From assembly GCA_964585795.1 (NCBI GenBank), contig CAZPFI010000001.1, positions 1,143 through 65,142 on the forward strand: a DNA stretch of 64,000 bases, written 5' to 3'. Source of the DNA: an uncultured Muribaculaceae bacterium. Its GTDB lineage: Bacteria; Bacteroidota; Bacteroidia; Bacteroidales; UBA932. Below the pieces are notes generated by a model. The model searched no databases. It was not told the DNA's origin and saw nothing but the letters and a program-made list of their open reading frames with translations. How positions within the stretch are numbered: position 1 is the first letter of the stretch; each line of letters opens with the position of its first letter. Shown in pieces: positions 17,005-26,369 of the stretch. A program made the translations under genes and the position numbers.

Positions 17005-18936
17005 TTATCGTTGTTGTTTGATAAAATTCTCAATAAGATATATAGACCTTAGCAAAGAAGCTACAGAACCTGCGTAAGAGGTGCAGCCATGTGGCTGATG
17101 AGGAGGGTCTCCGTCATAAACCTCAGATATCGAGCCAATACAGTGCAGTGTTATCTCCTCTTCGAATGAATAAACAAGATTGTGAGCAGTATTAACAAAA
17201 GATTTACCGTACAGCTTCAACATTGAATCAATATAAAAACTTAGCAGCCAAACCCTTGTAGTTCCCTGATGGTATGCAAGACTTCTGCTTATCTCATCTC
17301 CGTCGTACTCTCCTTTATAGAGAGGGTTCTTTGGTGAAAGAGTCCTGATGCCTCTGGCAGTGAGCAACTCATTTTTTACACTTTTTAGAACCATAGCTTT
17401 AACCTCGTCCTCTATGGGAGAGTAGTGAAGAGAACATGCCAAAAGCTGATTTGGCCTGACAAATCTGTTCTGACCCTCTGGGCCGACATAATCTGCCAGA
17501 TACTCTTTCCCCTCCAGTCTGAATGCCTTTATAAAGTTGCTTTCAATCTCTGCAACTATTTGGCTCACCCTATTTGTGAACTCTTCTTCCTTCGCTATTG
17601 ATGTCATCTCTCTAATAAAACACAAAGCATTGTACCATAATGCATTAGTCTCAATTTGATATCCTGCTCTCTCTGCTATAGGTTGTCCGTAAGCACAGGA
17701 GTCCATCCAGGTGAGAGGCACACCACTCTCTTCTGCCCAGAGAAGTCCGTTTTGATGCAATACAATATTACCTCTGGAACCGTCAATGTACGAACTTATA
17801 ATCTCCCTGAGCAGAGTTGAATGACGCTTCCATACATTTTTTGTATCTCCCGTATAGAGACATAGTTGCTGAAGAGTCCAGATAAACCATAAAGGGACAT
17901 CGGGCATATTGTTTTTTTGGGTGAACACCCGGCCCGAATTCAATAATAAGGTGTCAATTACGCGGTTAAAAGTAAGCGTATCTCCGTTTTTGCTTAAGGT
18001 AAGGCCCGGAAGTGAGACAAGGGTCTCCCTAATATTATTATCCATCCAGGGATAACCGGGGTATATGGATGTTTGATTCCCTCTTGATGTAATAAATTGA
18101 TTTGCTGATATTTTAAGGCAATTTACAAAACTATCCCTGTGAACCTTCTGTGTAAGAATTCTTTTAAACTTTGCAGTGAGATTCTCCGGATTCTCCTCCT
18201 TTACAGAGGCAGAGAAGATTATAGATTGTCCTTTTTTAAACGGCATTTCAAAATAGCCCGGAACAAAAAGGTCTTCTCTCGATTCATACGCCCTCCTGCT
18301 CTCCTCCTTGTACTGAATGTTGTAGTACCAGTCGGGGTTTGAGACAAACTCGCTATTAACATTCAGCTGCAGGTTGAGGTTTGGGAATCCGTGGTATAAG
18401 TTGAAACTTCTCCCTTTTGGTATGATCGAATATTTTGTGTTTGCATCGATGTTGGCTTTAGACAGCGCATGTATGTTCCTGAAAGCCAGAAATGGCTTAA
18501 GACGCAGTGTGGTTGGAGAGTGTGCTTCCAGAAGGGTATATTTTATAAAAACCTGATCTTCCTTCTCTCCCAGCATCATAACTTTTCTCATAACCATTCC
18601 CCCTACAGCGTAGGTAACCGCCACCACTTTATCAATCTCGAAGTTAATTATATACTTGTGTCCTCTGGGTTCGTAAATATCTCCATAGCAATGTATCCCA
18701 AGATTAAATTCTTTATTGTGTTGTATTAGAGTTTCGTCCAGTGAAGATAGAAGAACATGTTTTTCGCCTTTGAAATTCTCTATCGGAACTACCAGCAAAC
18801 CATGGTATTTCCTTGTATTGCACCCTGCTATGGTGGTGTTGAGATAACCTCCGGCATGATTTGTTGCGAGAAACTCCCTTTTTAGGGAGTATTCAAGATT
18901 TACAAGCTCTTTTTTGTTAAACTCAAGGTAGGCCAT
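17005..18936 (-). CDS. Glycogen debranching enzyme (amylo-alpha-1,6-glucosidase-like)
   Basis: CNTRKYHGLL, GYPW, LTWMD, VRPNQL, GIRTLSP and AYHQGT. Likely start is MAYLEF. Confidence 0.9.
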   Translation of the reverse strand: MAYLEFNKKELVNLEYSLKREFLATNHAGGYLNTTIAGCNTRKYHGLLVVPIENFKGEKHVLLSSLDETLIQHNKEFNLGIHCYGDIYEPRGHKYIINFEIDKVVAVTYAVGGMVMRKVMMLGEKEDQVFIKYTLLEAHSPTTLRLKPFLAFRNIHALSKANIDANTKYSIIPKGRSFNLYHGFPNLNLQLNVNSEFVSNPDWYYNIQYKEESRRAYESREDLFVPGYFEMPFKKGQSIIFSASVKEENPENLTAKFKRILTQKVHRDSFVNCLKISANQFITSRGNQTSIYPGYPWMDNNIRETLVSLPGLTLSKNGDTLTFNRVIDTLLLNSGRVFTQKNNMPDVPLWFIWTLQQLCLYTGDTKNVWKRHSTLLREIISSYIDGSRGNIVLHQNGLLWAEESGVPLTWMDSCAYGQPIAERAGYQIETNALWYNALCFIREMTSIAKEEEFTNRVSQIVAEIESNFIKAFRLEGKEYLADYVGPEGQNRFVRPNQLLACSLHYSPIEDEVKAMVLKSVKNELLTARGIRTLSPKNPLYKGEYDGDEISRSLAYHQGTTRVWLLSFYIDSMLKLYGKSFVNTAHNLVYSFEEEITLHCIGSISEVYDGDPPHQPHGCTSYAGSVASLLRSIYLIENFIKQQR

Positions 18937-18984
18937 ATTCTCATATTTTACATGCAAGTTAATAAAAAAAATGTTACGATTTTA

Positions 18985-20982
18985 TTATTTTTCGGCTCGC
19001 AGATAGAGTGCTGCACTCCTGCTTGGAAGGTACAGCGAAAGTATCTCTTCGTCCCCAATTTTATTTGTTATATGACTTATTGTCTTGTCGTTACGCTGAA
19101 ACCCTCCGAAAATTTTCCAATCAGTATCAAGAACTGTTTTGTAGCTACCCGCCGGAGCAGCAAACTCCAGTTGGCTATAAGAGTTGACAGGACTGAAATT
19201 AAAAGCAAAAAGATATTTGTCTCTCATAAATATGAGAATTTGTCTGTGGTCGTGCTGATAAATTATCCGGGGCTGATCTCTGTATATGTGGGATCGTTTT
19301 ATTATCGATACCATCTTTTTATCAAATTCAAGAAGGTATTTATATCTTAAGTTGCTGTCGGTGGAGAGAGACCACTGTCTTCTTGCGTGATGGAAAGACC
19401 ATCCGTTCCCCTCTCTGGGAAAATCTATCCACTCTGGATGCCCGAACTCATTTCCCATAAAGTTGAGATACCCGTTTCCGGCAAGTGATATTGTTGCCAG
19501 TCTTATCATCTTATGAAGAGCAATACCCCTGTCTATAGTTATAGATTGAGAGGATAGATTCATTGAGGTGTACATCTCGCTGTCCAAAAGCCGGAAGATT
19601 ATTGTTTTGTCTCCCACAAGTGCCTGGTCGTGGCATTCGGCATAGCTTACAGTTTTCTCCTCAACTCTTTTTGAGGAGAGCTGGTAGAATATCTCTCCTA
19701 CATTCCAATCTTCGTCTCTCAGCTCTTTTATCCATTTAATCCAATGATCGGCAACCCCCATACTCAACCGGTAATCAAAGCCGTAACCTCCGTCTTTAAC
19801 GGGAGCCGCCAGCCCGGGCATTCCGCTCATCTCCTCTGCAATGGTTACAGAACCGGGATTTATCTCTTTAATGAGCATATTGGCCAGTGCCAGATATACA
19901 AGCGCATCCGGGTCCTGATTACCGTCAAAATATTGAGAGTAGTCGGTAAAGCTGCGGCCGAGCCCATGGTCGTAGTAAATCATACTGGTGACTCCGTCAA
20001 AGCGGAAACCGTCAAAATTATACTCTTCAAGCCAGTACTTACAGTTGGAGAGTAAGAAATGGAGTGTTTCACCTTTGCCGTAGTTGAAGCACTTGGACCC
20101 CCAGGCAGGGTGGTCTCCTGCAGGACCACTGTGAAAATAAGCTGTAGAGGTGCCGTCAATCGATGCCAATCCCTCAAGAGTATTGCTAACGGCATGAGAG
20201 TGAACCAGGTCGAGTAGTACCAGCATTTTTAGAGAGTGTGCTTCATCTATCAGCTCTTTCAGCTCCTCCGGCGTTCCAAAACGAGAGCTCACCGCATAAA
20301 AACCGGAAACCTGATACCCGAAGGATCCGTAATAGGGGTGCTCCTGAATTGCCATTAGTTGAATTGCGTTGTACCCCAACTTTGCTATCCGGGGCAGAAC
20401 ATCTTTGCGGAAACTTTCGAAAGTTGCAACACAGGGCTCCTGAGAACTCATCCCTATATGTGCTTCGTATATCAGCAGATTTTCCGGCTTTTTGGGTTTA
20501 CTGTGCTTCCACACATAAGGTTCTCCATCCCATATCTGAGCAGCAAATAATTTTGTTTCAGGGTCCTGAACAGTCCGTGTGGCATATGCAGGGATCCTCT
20601 CTCCCTCTCCGCCATCCCATACAACCAACCATTTGAACAGCTGTTTATGTTTAATTATACCCTTTTTAACAACCAGCTCCCAGTTACCGCTGCCAATGTT
20701 TTCAAAACGAAATCTGTCATCCTTTTTCCATGAGCTGAAATCCCCTATAAGATACATTTCGGTTGCATTGGGTGCCCACTCCCGGAAATACCTGTTTTGT
20801 GAAGAGTCTTTGTGAACTCCGTAAAAAAGATGAGAGTTTACGGCTTGCGAGATGGGATTGTGATAACCTGCAATCTCAAGATATCGCATGATTACTCTAT
20901 CGTGCCGCTCCTTTATTGTTTTCTTCCACGGCTCCAGCCATGGGTCATCAATCCATAGTTTTAAGTTATCATTTACCTTCAT
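18985..20982 (-). CDS. glgB: 1,4-alpha-glucan branching enzyme (GH13)
   Basis: FREWAPNA, IYEAHIGM, EHPYYGSFGY, DGFRFDGVTSM, YAECHDQALVGDK and NFMGNEFGHPEW. Confidence 0.95.
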   Translation of the reverse strand: MKVNDNLKLWIDDPWLEPWKKTIKERHDRVIMRYLEIAGYHNPISQAVNSHLFYGVHKDSSQNRYFREWAPNATEMYLIGDFSSWKKDDRFRFENIGSGNWELVVKKGIIKHKQLFKWLVVWDGGEGERIPAYATRTVQDPETKLFAAQIWDGEPYVWKHSKPKKPENLLIYEAHIGMSSQEPCVATFESFRKDVLPRIAKLGYNAIQLMAIQEHPYYGSFGYQVSGFYAVSSRFGTPEELKELIDEAHSLKMLVLLDLVHSHAVSNTLEGLASIDGTSTAYFHSGPAGDHPAWGSKCFNYGKGETLHFLLSNCKYWLEEYNFDGFRFDGVTSMIYYDHGLGRSFTDYSQYFDGNQDPDALVYLALANMLIKEINPGSVTIAEEMSGMPGLAAPVKDGGYGFDYRLSMGVADHWIKWIKELRDEDWNVGEIFYQLSSKRVEEKTVSYAECHDQALVGDKTIIFRLLDSEMYTSMNLSSQSITIDRGIALHKMIRLATISLAGNGYLNFMGNEFGHPEWIDFPREGNGWSFHHARRQWSLSTDSNLRYKYLLEFDKKMVSIIKRSHIYRDQPRIIYQHDHRQILIFMRDKYLFAFNFSPVNSYSQLEFAAPAGSYKTVLDTDWKIFGGFQRNDKTISHITNKIGDEEILSLYLPSRSAALYLRAEK

Positions 20983-21167
20983 CTCTGTTCAAGTAATTTT
21001 TCGCACTTATCGCTGTATCCCCTTATCTGCTCCCTGCAGTACTCAACAAGTTCGAGAGCCCTCTTTACATCATCTGATAATGTTGTAAGATCGGCATCTG
21101 CACTCTCAATCTTAGAGACAAGCTCCTCCAGTTGCTTAAGTGCCTCTTTATAAGTTATATTCTCCAT
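20979..21167 (-). CDS. xseB: Exodeoxyribonuclease VII small subunit
   Basis: TYKEALKQLEELVSKIE...VKRALELVEYC. Follows xseA and overlaps glgB by ATGA. Confidence 0.9.
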   Translation of the reverse strand: MENITYKEALKQLEELVSKIESADADLTTLSDDVKRALELVEYCREQIRGYSDKCEKLLEQR

Positions 21168-21181
21168 TTTAATATTTGTTT

Positions 21182-22363
21182 CTATTTTACTGTACAATCG
21201 ATAACACCATCCGAAACTATCAGTTTTATCTCATCTCCCCTCACCACATCTGCCACAGTGCTTATCTTCCTGCCGTTTTTGAGTGCAATTGAGAATCCTC
21301 TTCGTAGAATCTCCGAAGATGAGGCAGAGGTTACTCTCCTCTCAATAAGATCCATCCTGTGGAGGTTTCCTGTACGGTGATTTCTTATTGCCTCTTTAAT
21401 TCTGGAGATAAGCCGTTCTGTTTTTGTTGTCTCATTCATCAGAAGTGTCTTCATGGAAAGCACCACTCTTCTTGAGATAAAGTCCAGCTGCTGTTCTTCC
21501 CTTGCAAAAATATCAATTATGAAATCTGCAACTGCAGTGGGGGTTTTTACTGATGTGTGTGCCACCATATCCGCTATATGAAAATCGTGATCGTGGCCTA
21601 TCCCTGTAATCACAGGTATAGGGAACTGAGCAATGTTAATTGCCAGATGATAATCGTCAAAACAGACAAGATCCTGTGCTGCGCCTCCCCCTCTGATGAT
21701 TAAAACCAAATCGAAATCCTGTGAATTATGGGCTACAGACTCCAGTGCAGAGATAATCGAGGCAGGGGCACTCTCTCCCTGCATAACAGCACTAAACAGG
21801 GTTGCAACAAAATTGAAGCCATAGTCATTTTCATTCAGATGTGTCATAAAGTCCCTGTATCCGGCTGCATTTACTGATGATACAACTGCAATTCTACGGG
21901 GTAAAGGGGGAATTTCCAATGCTCCGTTAATACCAAACATGCCCTCTTCCTGTAATTGCTTAATGGTTTTTTGCCTGAGTAACTCCTGCTCCCCTATTGT
22001 AAAAGACGGATCAATATCGTTTATTATTAGTGAAAGCCCGTAAAGCGGCGAATACTGCACCTGTGCACTTACAAGCACTCGGATACCCTTTTCAAGAGTC
22101 ATTCCTGTGGAGGTTTCAAAAAAAGGTCTTATCATACGGTATGCAGAGCTCCAGATTATTGCCTGAACTTTTGCAGTTGCCGCTCCTTTATCCTCACTCC
22201 GGTCAATAAGATCGAGATAGCAATGACCCGATGCGTTTACCTTAATCTCTCCAATCTCTGCGCTTATCCAATACCTGCCGGGTAGAGCATCCTCAAGTGT
22301 TTTTTCAATCCTGTCAAGCAATTGACATAGTGTAATATTCTCTCTTATTGACATTTCCCTCAT
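21182..22363 (-). CDS. xseA: Exodeoxyribonuclease VII large subunit
   Basis: SGHCYLDL, IIRGGG, PVITGIGH and TPTAVA motifs. Confidence 0.95.
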   Translation of the reverse strand: MREMSIRENITLCQLLDRIEKTLEDALPGRYWISAEIGEIKVNASGHCYLDLIDRSEDKGAATAKVQAIIWSSAYRMIRPFFETSTGMTLEKGIRVLVSAQVQYSPLYGLSLIINDIDPSFTIGEQELLRQKTIKQLQEEGMFGINGALEIPPLPRRIAVVSSVNAAGYRDFMTHLNENDYGFNFVATLFSAVMQGESAPASIISALESVAHNSQDFDLVLIIRGGGAAQDLVCFDDYHLAINIAQFPIPVITGIGHDHDFHIADMVAHTSVKTPTAVADFIIDIFAREEQQLDFISRRVVLSMKTLLMNETTKTERLISRIKEAIRNHRTGNLHRMDLIERRVTSASSSEILRRGFSIALKNGRKISTVADVVRGDEIKLIVSDGVIDCTVK

Positions 22364-22380
22364 TTTTGCCTCTTTCGTTA

Positions 22381-22409
22381 CAAATATACATAATTAAGTT
22401 GTACCTTTG
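22381..22409. promoter_or_regulatory. Back-to-back -7 promoter elements (xseA / engB)
   Basis: TATATTTG on minus (22381-22388) and TACCTTTG on plus (22402-22409). Confidence 0.65.
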
Positions 22410-22424
22410 CGGGGTGGAAAAACT

Positions 22425-23018
22425 ATGAAAATCAGTAATGCCATATTTGCCGGAAGCTGTACAAATCCGTTGGAAAGAACCATCTCCGGATTGCCGGAGG
22501 TTGCCTTTATTGGCAGGTCCAATGTAGGCAAATCTTCCCTGATTAATATGTTGTGCCAATCGGGCAAACTTGCTCACACCTCTTCAAAACCGGGTAAAAC
22601 AAGATTAATCAACCAATTTGTTATTAACGATACATGGTGTATGGTAGATCTGCCGGGGTACGGATATGCCAAGGTTTCAAAAAAAGAGAGGGAAAAACTT
22701 TGGGAGATGATTACCGGATACATTAACAGTTCGGCTGATTTGCTCAATCTTTTTGTGCTTATTGACTCCAGACACGAGATACAGAAAATTGATATTGAAT
22801 TTATTAACACTCTTGGTGAAGCAGGTGTTCCGTTCTCAATAATTTACACAAAATGCGATAAATCCGGTGTTACCAACCTGCAAAACAGGTTAGAGAGCAA
22901 CAAACTTCAGTTATTGACATATTGGGAGGAGTTACCTCCAATCTTTGTCAGCTCATCTGAAACCGGAGCTGGCAGAGACCAGATTCTCGAATATATCCAA
23001 ACTCTTATAAAAAAATAA
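22425..23018 (+). CDS. engB: Ribosome biogenesis GTPase YihA/YsxC
   Basis: GRSNVGKSS, PGKT, DLPGYG and TKCD G-motifs. Confidence 0.95.
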   Translation: MKISNAIFAGSCTNPLERTISGLPEVAFIGRSNVGKSSLINMLCQSGKLAHTSSKPGKTRLINQFVINDTWCMVDLPGYGYAKVSKKEREKLWEMITGYINSSADLLNLFVLIDSRHEIQKIDIEFINTLGEAGVPFSIIYTKCDKSGVTNLQNRLESNKLQLLTYWEELPPIFVSSSETGAGRDQILEYIQTLIKK

Positions 23019-23026
23019 AACCTATT

Positions 23027-23977
23027 ATGGATCACCAACATAAGATAAAAATTTTCTCCTGCAGAAGCTCCCGGTATTTGGCAGAGAAGATAGCAGCGGC
23101 TCTTAAAATGGACCTGGGGAAATCATCTGTTACTGTTTTCAGTGACGGTGAGTTTCAGCCCGCCTTCGAAGAGAGTGTCAGAGGAGCAACAGTTTTTGTT
23201 GTTCAGTCTACTTTCCCGCCTGTGGATAATATCTTTGAACTTCTGCTGATGATTGATGCTGCCAGAAGGGCATCTGCATATAAGGTAATAGCTGTAATAC
23301 CCTATTTCGGATGGGCAAGGCAGGATCGCAAAGACAGGCCCCGTGTGCCGATAGGAGCAAAAATGGTGGCCAACCTTCTTCAGGCAGCGGGATGTGACAG
23401 GGTTATGACTGCGGATCTTCATGCCGATCAAATACAGGGGTTCTTCGATTTTCCTGTTGATCACATTTATGCAAGCTCGGTGTTTCTGCCCTATCTGAGA
23501 GATCTTAAGCTTGATAATCTGTCAATTGCCGCTCCTGACATGGGTGGTGCAAAGAGAGCAAATGCTTACTCCAGAATTCTGGGATGCCCTCTCATAATCT
23601 GCCACAAATCTCGTGAAAAGGCAAATGTTGTTGGCTCAATGACAGCAATTGGTGAAGTTGAAAACAGAAATATTGTGATAATCGACGACATGATAGATAC
23701 TGCCGGTACAATAAGCAAAGCCGCCGATATGCTTCTTGAGAAGGGTGCATTGAGCGTAAGAGCTCTTGCCACTCACGCAGTACTAAGTGGTCCTGCCTAT
23801 GAAAGAATTGCAAAATCGCAGCTTTTGGAGGTAATTATTTCTGATACAATTCCATTGAACCCAAATCCGAATATCGACAAATCCAAAATCAAACTTCTCT
23901 CTGTTGCCGAAATTTTTGCAGATGTAATTGATAAAGTATATAATTACCAGTCGATAAGTACAAGTTTTATTTTTTAA
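23027..23977 (+). CDS. prs: Ribose-phosphate pyrophosphokinase
   Basis: FSDGE, PYFGWARQDRK, DLHADQIQGFF and IIDDMIDTAGT. Confidence 0.97.
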   Translation: MDHQHKIKIFSCRSSRYLAEKIAAALKMDLGKSSVTVFSDGEFQPAFEESVRGATVFVVQSTFPPVDNIFELLLMIDAARRASAYKVIAVIPYFGWARQDRKDRPRVPIGAKMVANLLQAAGCDRVMTADLHADQIQGFFDFPVDHIYASSVFLPYLRDLKLDNLSIAAPDMGGAKRANAYSRILGCPLIICHKSREKANVVGSMTAIGEVENRNIVIIDDMIDTAGTISKAADMLLEKGALSVRALATHAVLSGPAYERIAKSQLLEVIISDTIPLNPNPNIDKSKIKLLSVAEIFADVIDKVYNYQSISTSFIF

Positions 23978-23982
23978 AAGCC

Positions 23983-24819
23983 ATGTCCAATTCAGTTGCA
24001 GAACAAATTTATCTGAGATTGGTTAAAGGGGTGGAAAGCTTCTTTCTGAGTCAGGGAAAAGAGAGGGCCGTAGTCGGGCTCTCAGGCGGAATAGACTCTG
24101 CAGTAGTATTATGTATAGCCGTTGAAGCACTGGGTAAAGAGAATGTTCACGCTCTGCTGATGCCCTCTCCGTTCTCTACGCTGCACTCTGTAACCGATGC
24201 TGTCGAACTTGCAGCAAATGTGGGTATTTCACATAATATTGTCCCTATTGATGCTATACTGAACAGATATGAGAAGGAGATGGAGGAGTTCTTCTGCGAT
24301 ACTGTTAAAGAGATAACACTTGAGAATCTTCAGGCAAGGATAAGGTCGAATCTGCTGATGGCTTATTCCAATCAAACCGGAGCCCTTGTCCTAAACACCT
24401 CCAACAAAAGCGAACTTGCTATGGGTTACGGCACACTTTACGGAGATTTAAGCGGCGCACTTATGGTGATAGCCGATCTTTATAAACATCAGGTCTATTC
24501 TGTTGCCCATTTTATAAACTCTGTTCAACCTGTAATTCCCCAGAGTATCATCGACAAAGAGCCCTCGGCAGAGCTTAAGCCGGGCCAGAAAGACAGCGAC
24601 ACCCTGCCCGAATATCCGGTTCTGGACCCAATTTTGTACTCACTTATTGAGGAGGGCAAAGGCATAGAGGAGGTTATTGCATCGGGTGTTGAGAGAATAG
24701 TTGCCGAGAGAGTTCTTAAGATGATGAAGAGCATGGCATTTAAAGTGGATCAGCTACCCAGAATGCTGCAGATTGGTGATAGCCCTTTGCAACCTCCGGC
24801 CAAATGTATAATTTGTTAA
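23983..24819 (+). CDS. nadE: NAD(+) synthase, synthetase domain only
   Basis: GLSGGIDS, ENLQARIR, NKSELAMGYGTLYGD and PSAEL. Confidence 0.9.
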   Translation: MSNSVAEQIYLRLVKGVESFFLSQGKERAVVGLSGGIDSAVVLCIAVEALGKENVHALLMPSPFSTLHSVTDAVELAANVGISHNIVPIDAILNRYEKEMEEFFCDTVKEITLENLQARIRSNLLMAYSNQTGALVLNTSNKSELAMGYGTLYGDLSGALMVIADLYKHQVYSVAHFINSVQPVIPQSIIDKEPSAELKPGQKDSDTLPEYPVLDPILYSLIEEGKGIEEVIASGVERIVAERVLKMMKSMAFKVDQLPRMLQIGDSPLQPPAKCIIC

Positions 24820-24823
24820 TGTT

Positions 24824-25039
24824 ATGTCAACACTATTTCTCTCCCTGATTATTATTGCTATATGTATAATACTGCTCTCTTTCAATATTATTTTCAGGAA
24901 GCAGGGTAAATTCCCTGATACAGAAATAGGTCACAACAAACAGATGAAGAAGCTGGGTATAAGTTGTGCTAAGTCTCAGGAGAGAGCATTGTGGAATAAA
25001 GATAAATGCAGCCGGGACGGTTGTTGCTGCAATAATTGA
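24824..25039 (+). CDS. Small membrane protein with Cys-rich tail
   Basis: TM helix, [23 protein letters not shown]-terminal CSRDGCCC. Confidence 0.75.
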   Translation: MSTLFLSLIIIAICIILLSFNIIFRKQGKFPDTEIGHNKQMKKLGISCAKSQERALWNKDKCSRDGCCCNN

Positions 25040-25056
25040 TTATCTTTGCCCCCGTT

Positions 25057-26367
25057 ATGAGTATTGTAGCTATAGTTGGTCGCCCTAATGTGGGTAAATC
25101 TACCCTTTTTAACCGCCTTGTAGGAATGAGGCAGGCAATAGTTGATGAGACTGCCGGTGTAACAAGGGATCGTCATTACGGAACATGTGAATGGAACGGA
25201 AGGGAGTTTTCGGTGATTGACACCGGAGGGTATGCGGTTAATTCAGATGATATTTTCGAAGAGGAGATAAGGAAACAGGTGCTTCTGGCAATTGAGGAGG
25301 CAGACCTTATACTATTTATGTGTGAGGTACTTACCGGGATAACCGATTACGATACTGTGATTGCGGGTTTACTAAGGCGTACTTCAAAACCTGTACTTGT
25401 TGTTGCCAACAAAGTTGACACAGGTGACCGAATGTTCGATACACATGTATTCCATGGCCTTGGTCTTGGAGAACCTTGGGCAATATCTTCAGCCAGCGGA
25501 AGCGGCACCGGAGATTTGCTTGATAAAATACTGGAGCTCCTCCCTGCCGACTCTGCACCTGCAGAGCGTGAGAACAAAATTCCCCATATTGCAATTGTAG
25601 GAAAGCCAAATGTTGGAAAATCGTCTCTTACAAACGCCCTGCTTGGCGAAGAGAGGAATATCGTAACCCCGGTTGCCGGCACTACCAGAGATTCAATCTC
25701 TACTTACTATAACAAATACGGTCATCAGTTTATGCTGGTGGACACTGCAGGCCTTAGACGAAAAAACAGGGTTAAGGAAGACCTGGAATTTTACTCTGTA
25801 ATGCGCTCGGTAAGGGCAATCGAGTACTCCGATGTATGTATCTTAATGCTTGATGCCCAGCAGGGTGTAGAGCAGCAGGATCTGGCAATCTTCAACCTGA
25901 TAATCCGCAATCGCAAAGGTTGCGTTTTGGTTGTTAACAAATGGGATCTCATAGAGGATAAACAAACAAATACCCTTAAGGAGTTCACAAGGGACATTAT
26001 GAATAAAATCGCTCCCTTTAATGATCTGCCCATTGTCTTCACTTCGGTAACAAATAAACAGAGAATACTTGATGTTCTTAACCAGGCAGCAAAGGTTTAC
26101 GAAAACAGGAACCGAAAGATTCCTACATCTAAACTCAATGAACATATGCTTCAGGAGATTGAGAACCACCCACCCCCATCAATAAAAGGGAAGTATGTTA
26201 AAATCAAATATGTAACACAGCTTCCATCTCCGGCTCCTGCATTTGCTTTCTTCTGCAACCTTCCACAATATGTGAGAGAAGATTACAAAAGGTTTCTGGA
26301 GAACCGAATAAGGGAAAAATTTGAGTTTACCGGCGTTCCTGTTCAGATTTTTCTCCGTCAGAAGTAG
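25057..26367 (+). CDS. der: Ribosome biogenesis GTPase Der
   Basis: Two G-domains (GRPNVGKST; GKPNVGKSS). Start MSIVAIVG lies just after TATCTTTG (25041-25048). Confidence 0.97.
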   Translation: MSIVAIVGRPNVGKSTLFNRLVGMRQAIVDETAGVTRDRHYGTCEWNGREFSVIDTGGYAVNSDDIFEEEIRKQVLLAIEEADLILFMCEVLTGITDYDTVIAGLLRRTSKPVLVVANKVDTGDRMFDTHVFHGLGLGEPWAISSASGSGTGDLLDKILELLPADSAPAERENKIPHIAIVGKPNVGKSSLTNALLGEERNIVTPVAGTTRDSISTYYNKYGHQFMLVDTAGLRRKNRVKEDLEFYSVMRSVRAIEYSDVCILMLDAQQGVEQQDLAIFNLIIRNRKGCVLVVNKWDLIEDKQTNTLKEFTRDIMNKIAPFNDLPIVFTSVTNKQRILDVLNQAAKVYENRNRKIPTSKLNEHMLQEIENHPPPSIKGKYVKIKYVTQLPSPAPAFAFFCNLPQYVREDYKRFLENRIREKFEFTGVPVQIFLRQK

Positions 26368-26369
26368 CA

